In this document: piece by piece, positions 40,213 to 53,450 of the stretch
How the letters are laid out: each line of letters opens with the position of its first letter
Numbering within the stretch: position 1 is the first letter of the stretch
DNA from: the human T2T-CHM13v2.0 reference genome, Homo sapiens
DNA length: 64,000 nt
Assembly (NCBI RefSeq): GCF_009914755.1
Contig: NC_060945.1
Strand: one strand, 5' to 3'
The notes under the pieces: model-generated
The model's input: the letters and a program-made list of their open reading frames with translations, nothing else
Told to the model about the DNA's origin: nothing
Database searches by the model: none
Made by a program: the position numbers and the translations under genes

Positions 40213-41696
40213 CGTTAAAAATTGTCAGTAAGAGTATCAAATAGATCACTTATATTAGCATTTCTTCTTCCTTCTACTGTGTAAAGTCATCAAAGATCAT
40301 TTTGAAGACTGATTCATATATTATTAAATGTAGTATTATTTTACTATTTTTTACTAAATTTGGGAAATGACTCAGAACTCTTTAATAATTTTGAGAGGTA
40401 TGAAAAATAAAAGTTTTTTTCCCCATATTTTTGTGTTGGTAGCCCTCTTTAAAATAGAAAGTATGAATTTATTTAAGCCAGATCAACCCAGCAAAAAACA
40501 ACAAAAAAAGACTTTTGACTTTATCTTGTGTTATTTTTGTTACTGCTGGTGGAGAATTTGTTTCTCAATTCTTCCACTTATTTTTATAAACATGAATAAG
40601 TTCCTCATTGAAAAAAGTTCCTGTATTTCTATTTTTTAGTGCTACCACGTAACTTATTTTGAGTGTGACATTTGCCAAAATAAATAGTTCCAATAAAGTT
40701 CCAATGAATACTTGTTCACAAGTATGTCCAGCATGTCATCTATGCTAAATAGTTTCTTTAAATGTCATTTCTTCTCCAATCATACTAGGTACTAAATCAT
40801 CTCTATTTTTTACTGCCACTGGAATAAGTTACATGTACTTCAGTTTACATCTATCTGGTATATTATTAATGGCAATTGATGGCTTAGGAATGAAAAGTTT
40901 TGTGATTAAAACTTAGGTTTAGCCCGATATGAGAGGCACCAACATGAGTGTTAATACAATAGATAGGTTATCATAAATTATTGCTCTTAAAATGTCAAAT
41001 TTGTTAATTCCATCGAAAGAAATAGCTTGAAAAAAAGAAAGCTAGCCAATTGCCTTTCACTGAAATGTATTGGTTTATCTGTAGAATAAACAGAATTAGT
41101 TTCCCTTCGTTTGAAGATTTTGTGGGAAATACATTTCATTCATTGTGTCCCATCCTGAAGTATGCTAGTCTATGATTTTTATTATGCCACCTTACAGAAA
41201 TTATAGAATACAAAACAGATATAATCTCCTTTTTGTGCAGAGAATAAATAGAAATGCATATAGAAATATAAATATTAAATAATCCAGAACTACATAAAAA
41301 GCAAGTCCAATTCATTCAACATACTTGTGTATTACTCACTGATAATATCCATGAATTGGACTATTTTTCTCCAACTCACCTGTCTCATGCTACACAGGAG
41401 CCTATTTTGAATGTTTCCTGTGGGAAAGAAACCTCATGCATTCATTTCAATTAAGGCAGTGATTCTCAACTGGGGGATTGGTTGTATAGTTTATAATAGT
41501 AATGGTACAGAGAATTTCTACTATACAGAAATGTTAGTGATAGAATCCTTAATGATGTTAAACTGTTGATGGAAGTATGTCATGTCTGTCAGGATTCTGA
41601 GATGGAAAAAGATTGGCAAATACTGAACTATAATATTGGTCACTGGTAGTAGCTTGGAAAATTCTCTTCTAGGAATTTTGCATTTGATAGGGAATC

Positions 41697-41826
41697 ATTG
41701 AATATCCAATTCCCCTCTCTAACATAATAAAATACACTAGTAAGGGAATTTCAGTCCCCCTTGAAGAGAGAAGACATTTTGGGGCTGGTATTATACTTAG
41801 GATCTTGCCACCCATGAGTTCCTACA
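41697..41826 (+). repeat. Local dispersed duplication, copy B (partner 40084-40212)
   Basis: Same hand alignment as copy A. Confidence 0.95.
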
Positions 41827-44800
41827 TCAGGTACATGTTTACTTGACATTCAGTCATGAGATTCCTGGGCCAATCTCCACACTAACATGCACAGTTGTGT
41901 GTATAGACGAGACACATACATAGTAGGCTTAAGAGCAAATGCCTACCTTTTCCTCTGTTTTCAACTCAAAGTGTTGGTCCTGGGTAAACAAAAGTTTTGA
42001 TTATACAGTTTTTATCAGTAGATACCCCCAATTTTTTTTCCATCTGATCTCAAATGATTCATTGCCTACCAATAAAAATAGACTGTCCACTGGCAGTAAC
42101 TTCAGATCTAATATTTATCAATTGTTTAACAGTGTTGTGGGATAATTCCGCCGTATTGTTTACTATTTCTCTTTTCCCCAAGATCAGATATGTTTGTCTC
42201 TAGTTGCATATATTTAAAACTTTCTAGTTTATATTTTCAATACGAAGACATATTTAAATACATTAATTTCCATAGCCTGAATTAGAGTAGCATTTGTAAT
42301 AGCATTTTCATCTCAGTTGATATTGATTTTCTAAAATACATTTGCCTCAGAAACATTCTTTTTTTCATTTGGCATTTTCTTTACATTGAAAATTGAAGAA
42401 ATGCAGTCATTAAATTATCATTTTCATTTAACTGGATCTTGTTCAAATTTCAATCAGGTGTTCTACAAAAAGTTAATAGTTTACCAGACATTTTCACATT
42501 TCTACTGTATGCAATGGGCTATTAGTTTTTTTTTAAAAAGAGAAAGCTTACACTTTTTCTCTCTATGATTTGGCTTCATTTATTGCAAAAGATTGCAAAG
42601 TAATTGAAGGAAAATGAAAACTAAATGAAATAATTAAATAAGCAATCTAATTTCTAGGTGTTAATTCAATTCTTTTTCTAAGCAATTTTCTGTATTTTAA
42701 ACTTCATTTGCTTTCTATCTACTTTTTGCCTGCAGGCTTAGATGTCTCAAATTATGGGATGGATACATCCCTTAGTACTTAGCATGATGACACAGGGGAA
42801 AATGCCACTCAGAGGACTAGACTAACACATTTAACAGTTATTTCATTATTTGGTGGCCTCAAACTCCAGATGGCCATATCTAGTTGATTTTATTGTCTTT
42901 GTCGATTAAATACCTGTATTGTAAAATTGTATGACTATAAAAGGATAAATTTTGATTTACTAAAGGTGATCTTCTGAGATATTTTGAGGAAAAGAGGTAG
43001 TATACCAAAATGGAAATACTACGCAAGGTAAGTGAAAACCTTTTTAATGTATCTTGGTCAGTAAATTAAACCAAGTTTATATTGATGCCGTTGCCAAATT
43101 TCCATGTCTTTTACCAACACAGGTTCAAATCTGGAAAAAACATTTACTGAAGAATTCACTGATTTGGCTTGTAAAAGCCTTTTCTATAAACCATAGGATC
43201 AATTGTCAGTCCTGTCTTGAATGATTACTTATCTCTAAAGCTAACAGAGTTGCTATTTAAGCTGAATACCTTCCTTAAAAGCAAGAAAGATAAGTAGGAG
43301 TACACAGGACACTGTTTGTTAGCATTATAACAAATATCCTCCAGCATAAGTGATCAGGATGTTAAATTTATGGTAATTGAATTCAAGAATTTTTGTCAGA
43401 AAAGTATTTTCAGATATGAATAGGTAAATTCTTAGCAAGCTAGTCTTCTTTGGAAGGTGCTTATATTTGAATAAAAAGGATTTCTTTAAAAAAATTGCTT
43501 TTAGGATGCCATTTAAAAGAAATAGGCAAACTTCAGAAGCCTTAATGGATTTCTTACAGAAAACAAACCCTCCATAAAATTCCACCTTAGCTTCTTGCAG
43601 CCCTGAATTCATGAGATGTTAACTAAATTAACCTTGACTGTCTTTTATTGGTCTGTTTAAAAAATTAGAAATAATTAATTTAAATTGTCATTGCTTGGTT
43701 CTAAATATCTTTGCTGGCCATGTCTATAGAGAGTAGGGGAGCATTTTTGAAGATAATCATTAGCAAATTTCCTAGATTCTTCCTTACTACTGATTGCTTT
43801 ATTATAAATCTAATATTCATAGTTTGATTATATTAATGCGATCTTGTTTTCTTAATCTAACTGCATGAAAACATACATGGAATGACAGATCTACCTGTCA
43901 TTTACAACATACTTAGGAGATTGACCAATTTCTAAATAGTGGCCTAATTAAGAAATAATGGACATTAAATCAAACTGTGTGTATATGTATCTTCACATGT
44001 TTGTAAATTATCACTGTGGCAAGTTCTTTATAGCACATCAAAGATCTAGTTCTTTATCACTCCTCTGCCCTTGGAGTTTTTATGCATACCTTTGCTTCTC
44101 TGTGGCTAAGCACATACCCTTAAATTATATGATTGCATGTGGCAGCAGTCTCTCTTATCGACATCTTGAAGACGGATCAAGTGAAGCTGGATTTGTGGAT
44201 TTTGCCTTCATTTGTGTCAGAAACCAATGCCCTCTCTCCTTTGGGAGCCAATGCCAGTTATGAACAAAAAGCCGTAAGCAGTTGTGTTTCCCCACTCCCA
44301 TATTCTAAGTGATCAGAATGTGGGATTTCAATGATTTATTGTCTTCCAAGGATAGGTACATTTCAGGTTTTTTAATCATGTTGAAAACTTCCAAAACCCA
44401 TTATTGCTGTATGATATTTACACGGTTCTTTACTCTGATAGGGCCTGTTTTATAAGGCTACCGTATCTAATAGTAAGCTTGCTTTTAATTGTGACAGTCT
44501 GAAAGCTTACTTTGAAAGCTGCTTCTAGAGAAACCTAATTATTCCTGGTTGGGAATGTTCTTCTGGTGATACCACTAGCCTCCTGGGTACTAAGCATGTC
44601 TGATGATAGGTGATTCATAAGCTCAATGTGACATTTCCCAATGAGTTGTTTTGTCACGGGTTATCCATTTTGTCAGACACGTTATTTCATCCTGAGCTTT
44701 AATGTGACTATCATGTTGCTGGGCAAGTAGCTGAGAGTGTCATATAGCTTGTCAAAACCGTAACACCATTTGAACCAGAATATGTAATTTTAAAATCAGA

Positions 44801-45479
44801 GCTGTGAAATTTAAACGAGGATCTTGCTAAGTCACAGCTAATTCCTTTCTTACTTGGTAACCTGGGGTCTAATGTAAGAGTATTAGGGTGCCGTCATCAG
44901 CCTTTGTAAATAAGTAAAATCAACTGAAGGACATAGTTTCTGGCTAGGGCAGGGTCTGTCACCTGTTCTGGGTTAAGTTACTGTGGGGTGCATTTGAAGA
45001 TTTGAAGAAAGCAGTCTGTTGAGATGACGAACTTCTTGAATCAACTGTGACATATGCAAAAACCCATCTGTGCTTTTTTGAGTATCATTCTAGTAGTCAT
45101 GCCTCTAGTGTTGCTTTACTTACTCTCCAAACATGAAAGTTAGCACATCTATTAAAAAGCAAATCTGTAATATTAGTAGAAATCATTCTGATATAGTAAC
45201 TTTGCATGTTCTATAAATTCAGAGGAGTAGAAGATTACAAAATTCCAACACCAATACAGCATAGCTATCAAAGCTGTTCTTAAAAATAGTTTGTTAATAT
45301 AACTACATTTTAAAATAAAATTAGAAGTTCTTTGTCCACATAGAATTCCCTTTAGTTAAATTATTTTGAAATTAGCTAGTAAAAAGGCATTTACAGAATT
45401 TGAATTAGTTGACAGCACAATTTTAATACATTCCTTTGTGTTGGTATTTGGAGTTTGTTTCCTTTTAAAATGATTATAA

Positions 45480-45615
45480 ATATATAGATATACACACACA
45501 TATATATACACACACACATATATTTACACACACATAGATAATACATTATATTTACTATATATATGTATATTTGTGACAGTTACAAACTTTTCTGAAACAT
45601 GTATATATATATATA
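45480..45615. repeat. Compound (TA)/(CA) microsatellite containing a 31-bp copy of 46903-46933
   Basis: Read directly. Confidence 0.85.
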
Positions 45616-45699
45616 GTGGTGGTGCCTGAGTGTTTCTAAAATCATTGTAACAATACATTAAGCCAATTAGTAGTTGAATCAAAATAAAAAATGCAGAAA

Positions 45700-46300
45700 A
45701 AGAAAGACTTCATAAAAAAATAGTAAGCTTTGCAAATATTTAAATATAAAATTAATACTTAGCAATCAAGGGTAATATTGTAACAGAGGTGTACAAATGT
45801 TTAAACCTAAAGAAGATAAGTATAAGAATATTCATTTTAAAATTAGAAAGTACAAAGAGATGACGTAGGGACATGTAAACTGCTGATGTCTTCATATTTT
45901 ACAGAATCCTACAGAATTATACCCTGTATTATAGAGTTTTAAGATGGAAAATGACATCACTTCTTAATATTTTAAATAATTTCTTAAGCAAAAAGGAAAT
46001 TTAAAGAAATCATATCTTTGTTGGTAAAGAAATATTAGAAATTCACCACTATCTTTAGTGTTACTTCAGATTTATTTTGTTATAATCTATAAAAATTAAA
46101 TTTAAGACTTAAAAAAGTGTTTATAATGATTAAATATTCATAAATATATCATTTACCATCCATCCATCCATCCATTCCTCCATCCATCCATATCTACGCA
46201 CAGAAAAATGCCTGAAATGAATTTCCCCTCATATCAATTCCAGTTATTTCTTTGTTAGGATTTTGTGTGTTTAAAAATATTTTGCTGTACTTAAATAATT
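45700..46300 (+). mobile_element. Ancient L1M-like fragments, including (CCAT)n at 46156-46190
   Basis: A-rich degenerate L1-like sequence; weak similarity. Confidence 0.35.
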
Positions 46301-46305
46301 TTTTG

Positions 46306-46308
<3 letters not shown>

Positions 46309-46339
<31 letters not shown>
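46309..46339. repeat. T31 homopolymer
   Basis: Read directly. Confidence 0.95.
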
Positions 46340-46341
<2 letters not shown>

Positions 46342-48291
46342 AGTGAACGTGACTCCTAGTAGGAAAAGCAAGGAAGAACACTAATAAAAATATGCTAAGA
46401 TATTATTGATGGTTAACTCTAGTTGGTAAGAATATGTATGATATGGGTGCCCTTGTTTACTTCTTTAAACATTTTTAGTATCTTTTCAATTTTAGGAAAT
46501 ATAACTTTTAAAATTAAGAGAGACAAACCATGGTAGAACCTATTATTAGCAAAGTATGGTATTTAGAAGAAAAAATAATTGAATAAATTGTTTTCATAAT
46601 GTGGAGTTATGTGCTGCCTGTTAAGACAGCAATCCCAATAATGTTTCCATTCCTTTAGGAAACACATTATGAACCTTATAAAATCGGGTGGGATTTTCCA
46701 TAGGGATGAAATTCATTAGAGCAATGTCTGCATTCTATGAAAACATCTGGTGGTTTTGGTCATTCTGTCTTGTGTTTTGGCTTAATTTTCTACCACGTTG
46801 TAAGGCACAGTTTTAAGAATAATTCACACATTTTTCCATCCAGAGATTTTTGACCAAAAAAAGTATATTTATACTGATGGACTAAACAAGTTGCATTATA
46901 ACTGTGACAGTTACAAACTTTTCTGAAACATGTGTATAGTTTTTTTTTTTAATTTTAAAAGTAGATGTCACACCTAAAATGGATAGGTCCATTTCATTTT
47001 ATAAGGAAAGCACCCAGAAGGGTCCATATGTATTTGTGCTCGAAAAAGAAGTAATTGTGTGTGTCATTTCCGCCCCCTTTTTATCAATATTGCCTAATAA
47101 CAAGGAGAATCAGTAATAATAGAATTATTAATAGCAGTAATAGAATCAGTAGAATAAGAGTGGTAGAGTTAGTACTCATCAGTGAAAAACTAATCAACCT
47201 TATTACTTTGAAGGGAAATCTGGGAAGAAAGAGAATAGAATGAGGTACATGTTAGAAATGGAAATGGCGAAGTAAGTAATTTTTCTGATTTTCATAATTC
47301 TGTTTCACTAGTTAAATCTATTTCCACTTTTCTTTCCTTCCTTTATTTGGCTCGGTTCTCACTTTAGAAGGCAAAATTTTGATTATTTGCAAGAGTGCTC
47401 CCAACTCAAGTCTCTTAGTCAACATTTCCTTCCCTCAGGCTTCAGTCTATGATATTTCATGTAATAATTTGTAAAATATAGTTCTCATTGCGGGACTCCT
47501 CACTTCTATTTTAAGAAAAATAATTTCTATTGCTGCATGCATTCATTGATTTGAGATAAAATTTTATAAGTTTGTGGAAATCATTGAATAGGAACTTCTC
47601 AGTCAGCGCTGAAAGAAATTTTATGAATGAATAATACAATTCCCTCCTCCTAATGAAGGTATTGTACATCTCACATTTAGTTTATATTGATTGCTTTCTG
47701 ACATGGAAATAAAACAATCTTTATATTATGCAGAGTTCCTGTTAGTGGTACTATCAAGAATATAAATCTGCCCTTGTGACTTCTATTTCTATGCTTTTCT
47801 CCAACCTGAAGTAACCCCAACCAGGTTTTTAATTAAAGTAATGTGAGTCACTGAGTGTATCACCCCTTTTATGCATGATCAAGTTACCATAGCATAAATA
47901 TATTCCAACTCTTTTGTAAACTTGAATTTTATGGATAGGTAATAAAATTCTTCTTTCCAAAGTTTGCAGTTTTACTTCCACCTTTAAAAAATGTTGTAGT
48001 CTCTTGGCAGTGCTTATATAAAAATATGTGAAGTGTGGGTAATACTAGATATAGTATATAGATGTACTAGATATGGTTTGCAAAGGTGGACTTGGAAGCC
48101 ATTTTCATTTTTGGCCTATTTAGAAAATTAAATGATACTACTTTTTCCTATACAACTTATATTTGGTGGGATATTTTTATTTACTTAATTTGAAATTTTA
48201 GACTGAATAGTCTTAAACTTTCAGCATAAATATTCTATATTTTAATCAATGTTTCCTTGTATGTAGCATTTGTACAGTTAGTTTTTTGAAG

Positions 48292-48598
48292 TTTTTAATT
48301 TTTTTTTTTGTTTGTTTGAGACAGTGTTTCACTCTTGTTGCCCAGACTGGAGTGCAATGGGCGACCTCGGCTCACTGCAACTTCCATCTCCCAGGTTCAA
48401 GCGATTCTACTGCCTCAGCCTCCCAAGTAGCTGGGATTACAGGCATGTGCCACCACGCCCAGCTAATTTTGTATTTATAGTAGAGATGGGATTTCACCCT
48501 GTTGGTCAGGCTGGTCTCAAACTCCTGACCTCAGGTGATCCGCTCACCTCAGCCTCCCAAAGTGCTGGGATTACAGGCGTGAGCCACCATTCTCAGCC
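48292..48598 (-). mobile_element. AluSq/Sp-like
   Basis: tttcactcttgttgccca...gcaatggcg diagnostics; full dimer. Confidence 0.95.
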
Positions 48599-48699
48599 TG
48601 AAGAAGGTCTTTAAGAATATCAATGAACATTAATACCAGTAATATCAAATGTTAGCCACACATCATGAATATTACCATATATAAGCACAGATGGTAATA

Positions 48700-48925
48700 T
48701 CGGGTAGGGCTTAAGAGTGTGGTGTTTGGAGGCAGACCAACTTCCAACACTTACTGGCGTTATGACCTTTAACAAGCCTTCCCAAACCTCAGTTTATTCA
48801 TCTGTAAAGGTGAGAATAATTATATTACTGCCTCTTGGGTTTGAGGAGATTAGAGATAATGCAATTGCTGCAGGGCCTGACTCAAAGAAACCACTCTAAA
48901 ATGTTAACTAGTCTCATTAGTTATT
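48700..48925 (+). mobile_element. MIR SINE
   Basis: cttaagagtgtggtgtttggaggcagac...cctcagtttattcatctgtaaagg...tgaggagattagagataatgc. Confidence 0.8.
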
Positions 48926-49410
48926 CATTCATCAAATGACAAAATCTGTTTTGCTCAGTTCTAAATAGGAGGCCTCAAAACTTTTAGAGGATGGTTTAGG
49001 AACTTGAGTATAGTACACTAACCAAAGTTCTTGGCTATGGTCTTATACCAATTGAGGATTCTTCAGAAGGGCTTCGAAAATAGGCAGGTGTCTATGACAG
49101 GTCTGTCCATAGCTCAAATTATTTCAAAAAAATTCCTTGCGTTTTCCTTTTGTTCTGCCATAGAAGATGATTATTTTTTTTCTCCATGATGTTGTCTTGC
49201 TTTTCTGTTAGAGGGCTGTCATGTGGTGTGCTAAACTTTTAGATAGCCAGAGATTAGCTATCTAAAAGTTTCAGAATGACTGAAATAGTTATTTTTTCTT
49301 TCTTTCTGTTTTTATTATGTGTCTTTGCAAAGGTTTGTTGAGGGAAAATTACCAAATAAAGTTTGAAATAGTATTAGTACCTTTAAATGTTTTCTTTAAA
49401 ATATCTTAAC

Positions 49411-49453
49411 GATAGATAGATAGATGATAGATAGATAGATAGACAGATAGACA
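49411..49453. repeat. (GATA)n/(GACA) tetranucleotide STR
   Basis: Read directly. Confidence 0.95.
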
Positions 49454-51045
49454 TAGAGATATATGGAATGCTTCATTACGCATACTAGACACTTGTTGAT
49501 TTTTTAAAAGGAAATGAATTTAGAAAGCAATTTTCCTCGAAACCAGTTTTTTTCTTCTTTGGTAAAGGATAAGTCATTCTTACAACTCTCAATGATGCAA
49601 GGTGAAATTTATCCAATTTTAAGTAGGGATGCTAAATAATGTAGAGAAGACACAAGCACTTGTTTTGGAGACAGAATATTTGCCCTCTGGGCCCAGATGT
49701 GCCATTTAAAATTGAGTGTTCTTTCATTCATTTATTCATTCTTGCCCTTGTTTGGTAAAGGGTATTGGGAAAGATCTGTAATTAAAGATAAAAGTGTAAA
49801 AAGAAAGAAAAATTGCCTTGAAAACAAAACAAAAGTGCCAGCAACGGGGCTAAAAAGATAACATAATGTTATATGCCCTTGCTATAAATAGGTCATAATT
49901 TTTGTTTCAAGATTTCTAGCAGCCAATGCAAAAAAGGAAATCCTGGTGAAATTACACAAGTTTAGGATATCTTCCAGACCACGAATCAACCAGTCACAAA
50001 GAATATGAATACTTATTTTCTTAATATTAGGAACAGAAATCTCCCATGGGTCCTAGTAAGGAGAACATGGAAAGTAAGTGATTACGTCAATTGTAGTATC
50101 TTTTAAAAGCAGTATTGAGTTTTATAAGGAAGTCACTTCTTCTTCAGCCTATACACTTCCATAATTTGGAGATGTTTGGGCTTCCTTTAAGGTTCCTTTC
50201 AGTTTCAACATACGTGACTCTAAGCTGGAACCCGTTGAGATCAGTGAGTTGTTAAATGTGAACATGATCAAACTGAATTAAAAAGCTGTTAAGAAATTAG
50301 ATATCTCATCTTCAGTTTTTGGACTTTATGATTTTTCTTTCCATTCCTAATGTTTTTTCTATCACAGAAAAAAAGTCTCATGGTAACTGCTTTTAATTTT
50401 GACTATTTTCTATTCTTCCAAGAAAATCATTTATTTTAAACATACAACTTATCTTTTTTAGCATATTCTGATTGATGCAAATACTCTTGTATAACTTTCA
50501 ATAGTCAATGAAATATTGGATAAAATGTATTTCTAAGAAGATAGCCATATATGTGTACTTTTTCAAAATTGCTGCTTTTTGCCTATTATTGTTTGCTCGT
50601 TTGTCTTTTGGTTTTGCCTTACTATAATAGAAGACTTATTAGTTATATTTAACTTTCCTCCTTTGAGGAACTAATCATTATCCAACTTAATTCATAAACT
50701 TCACAGATGGCATTTCTTCTTAACTTAGAACTATTTTTGCCTTACTATTCTGATTCTTTCTTCTATAAGACAGCCTCATGAAACCTAAACACCCAACATG
50801 GAAATATTAGATGGCAAATATGTTTTCCATTTTGTTTGGCCTTAATTTTATTCAGGTAAATAATTGGGTTGTGCTTAACTTACATGGAATACTGCAGTTT
50901 ATATGATGTGTCATAACATCAAAGCTAAATTAAGGAACAAGGGAGAGAGTTGTGCTTTTTTCCAAACTAGTACAACTTATAATGTTATGCTGTTTTTTAA
51001 AATTATTGTCAGTCTTGTTTCTCTTATAGCACAAGGTCTCTCTTA

Positions 51046-51309
<264 letters not shown>

Positions 51310-53039
51310 TCAACATTTCTGAGACTATATCTCTTAAATTTGTTTTGCAGCTCTCCAAGGACCAGTTGTTTCTCAAATAACTGGTCCTTGGGGAGCTCAG
51401 TGGATTGCCTGAAAAACTCTGATTGAGTTGGGGAAGATTTCTAACAGGATGGAATATTTGAGATTTACATAGGAATTTTCCAGGTGAAGAAGGGGAATAT
51501 GCCATTAGATCTACAAAGACTGTAATCCAGTAGTTGGGTACTAGAAGTAGAGATGAAAATTTCATTGGCTGTTAAGTTTTCAGCATCAATAATTAGAAGC
51601 ACACTGATACAGCCTGAAACAGGTAACAAGGACACTCACATAGAGTGGATCAAACAAGATAGAAATTTACTTCTCTTTCCTATCATGTCTGGAGGAAGAT
51701 AGGCCAACGAGAGCAGGCATGTGGCTCATCACCTTAAAGATATCTACCGCCTCAGATTCTTTCTATCTTATTATCAACCGTTTTTACATGAATGCGTGAA
51801 GCTTCCTGAACTGTCTGTATATTATGGCAGTAATAGACTATAAGCAGAAATTAATGATCATCTCTCTTTTTTTGTTCACACAAATCAGATTTTGAAACTT
51901 TAAGGTTTCTTAGGGAATTTATAGTTCTACAAAACACTTAGAAATGCTGCCTTCGGTTACGGTATCTCCATTAGGTTCCAATTCTTTGGTGTCAGGACAA
52001 TTTCTTACGTGTTTTGGAGCCCCTCTGCTATATAGCAGACTCTCAAAAATATGTAATAATAAGGGGAGAAAGAAAAGTAAGGAATATGACTTTCATGTAG
52101 ATTTGAAGTTGTAATTTCATTGATCTCGAAGAGTTGGAAGGATTTAGGTAATCTTATGCAGATAATGGTAATTTTAAAGAAAAGGTCTCATTATGTCATA
52201 GTCACTATGTGGACTAAATAAAAGGAAATAAATGAAAAGGTTGTGTTACAGTTATCATTCAAAAACATCCAAATGAAAAAAGTATTTTTTAAATCAGATA
52301 TGCATTTATTTTGGGGTGGATTTTGGCATTATGCACAAGTGTTCTCTTGAAAAGCAATTCATAGGACCCTAACTGAACTTTTGGATTATAACAGAGGTAA
52401 TGTCATTCTGCCAAAACACACTGAAATTAGCAAAAGCCAGTACCCTTACTAATTTGATTCTTATTAAGGGAATCCAAGTGATTGAAAACCTGAGATGAGA
52501 TTTAACTATTTCCGTCATCAAATTCATAACATAAAGGGGAAGCATAACATTGCCAGTTAGGAGAGGGTAAATTCAATTTGGAATTTTCCAGTAGTAGGAC
52601 AAAAAATAATAAACTCATTATTCTCTTCAGATTATTACCATTATTGCTGCTGTTGTTTTGAGTACAATGACTGCTTACTTGTGCTCTCTGACAGTATATA
52701 ACCAATTAGGGGATTTGAAATATAGGGAGTCATTTTTGAACAAGGAAAAGGCAGCATAGAATCTATCTATTTGCATATCTTCAAAAGGATTTATTTTTAT
52801 AGCTAGTTTACCCATTGCCTATTTACATACATGAGTTTGGACCAAATAATGTTCTAAAATCTATCCAAGTTTTTAAAAAATTCTGTTTGGAAATCAAATT
52901 TTGTACTAATTTTGTCAATTATTGTTGTAAAAATCTGAAATGCCAGACCTTTTATTTAAAATATCAACATGGGTATGAAAAATAATAACATGGGAAGATG
53001 GTATCTATCATTTGACGGGCTTTCATCAACCCTGTATGA

Positions 53040-53205
53040 TACACTCCAATCCTATCATGAGCTCTTCGAAAAGGATTTAGTCTCTTTTTGTCAGATGAGG
53101 ATAACCCCAGACATTTAAGGAGCTGATGTTTTCTCAATTCCAGAAAAAGAATTGGAACTCAAATCTGTGAGGCACGAAAGTCCCGAAGCCCTCATTCTCC
53201 ACTGT
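53040..53205 (-). mobile_element. MIR fragment
   Basis: tttgtcagatgaggataaccccagac...ggaactcaaatctgtga. Confidence 0.5.
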
Positions 53206-53354
53206 TACAAATTTGCAGAAATCTGAGTGATATGAAAAATATTTATTTTTATTGATGCTTTATACACATATCCATATTACTTTACATACAATGAATACTT
53301 GTGTAAAATTATTTAAAATAAGGTGCTTCATATGTTCAGTGTTTTGTTTTTGAC

Positions 53355-53450
53355 TAAATAAAATATTTATTGAATGCCATTTAAGAGCCCTGCTACATGT
53401 TGGGAATACAGTTGTAGGCACAAAAAGGCATGATTCTTACTTTTGGGGAG
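53355..53450 (-). mobile_element. L2 3' end fragment
   Basis: aaatatttattgaatgcc...tgttgggaatacagttgtaggcacaaaaaggcatgattct. Confidence 0.55.

Noticed and set aside
42966-43027. 62-nt pseudo-exon with a perfect AAG|GTAAGT donor
   Set aside because: Weak acceptor and stops in all three frames.
46309-46343. T31-GCAG acceptor-like site
   Set aside because: Homopolymer expansion in old L1-like sequence with no convincing downstream donor.
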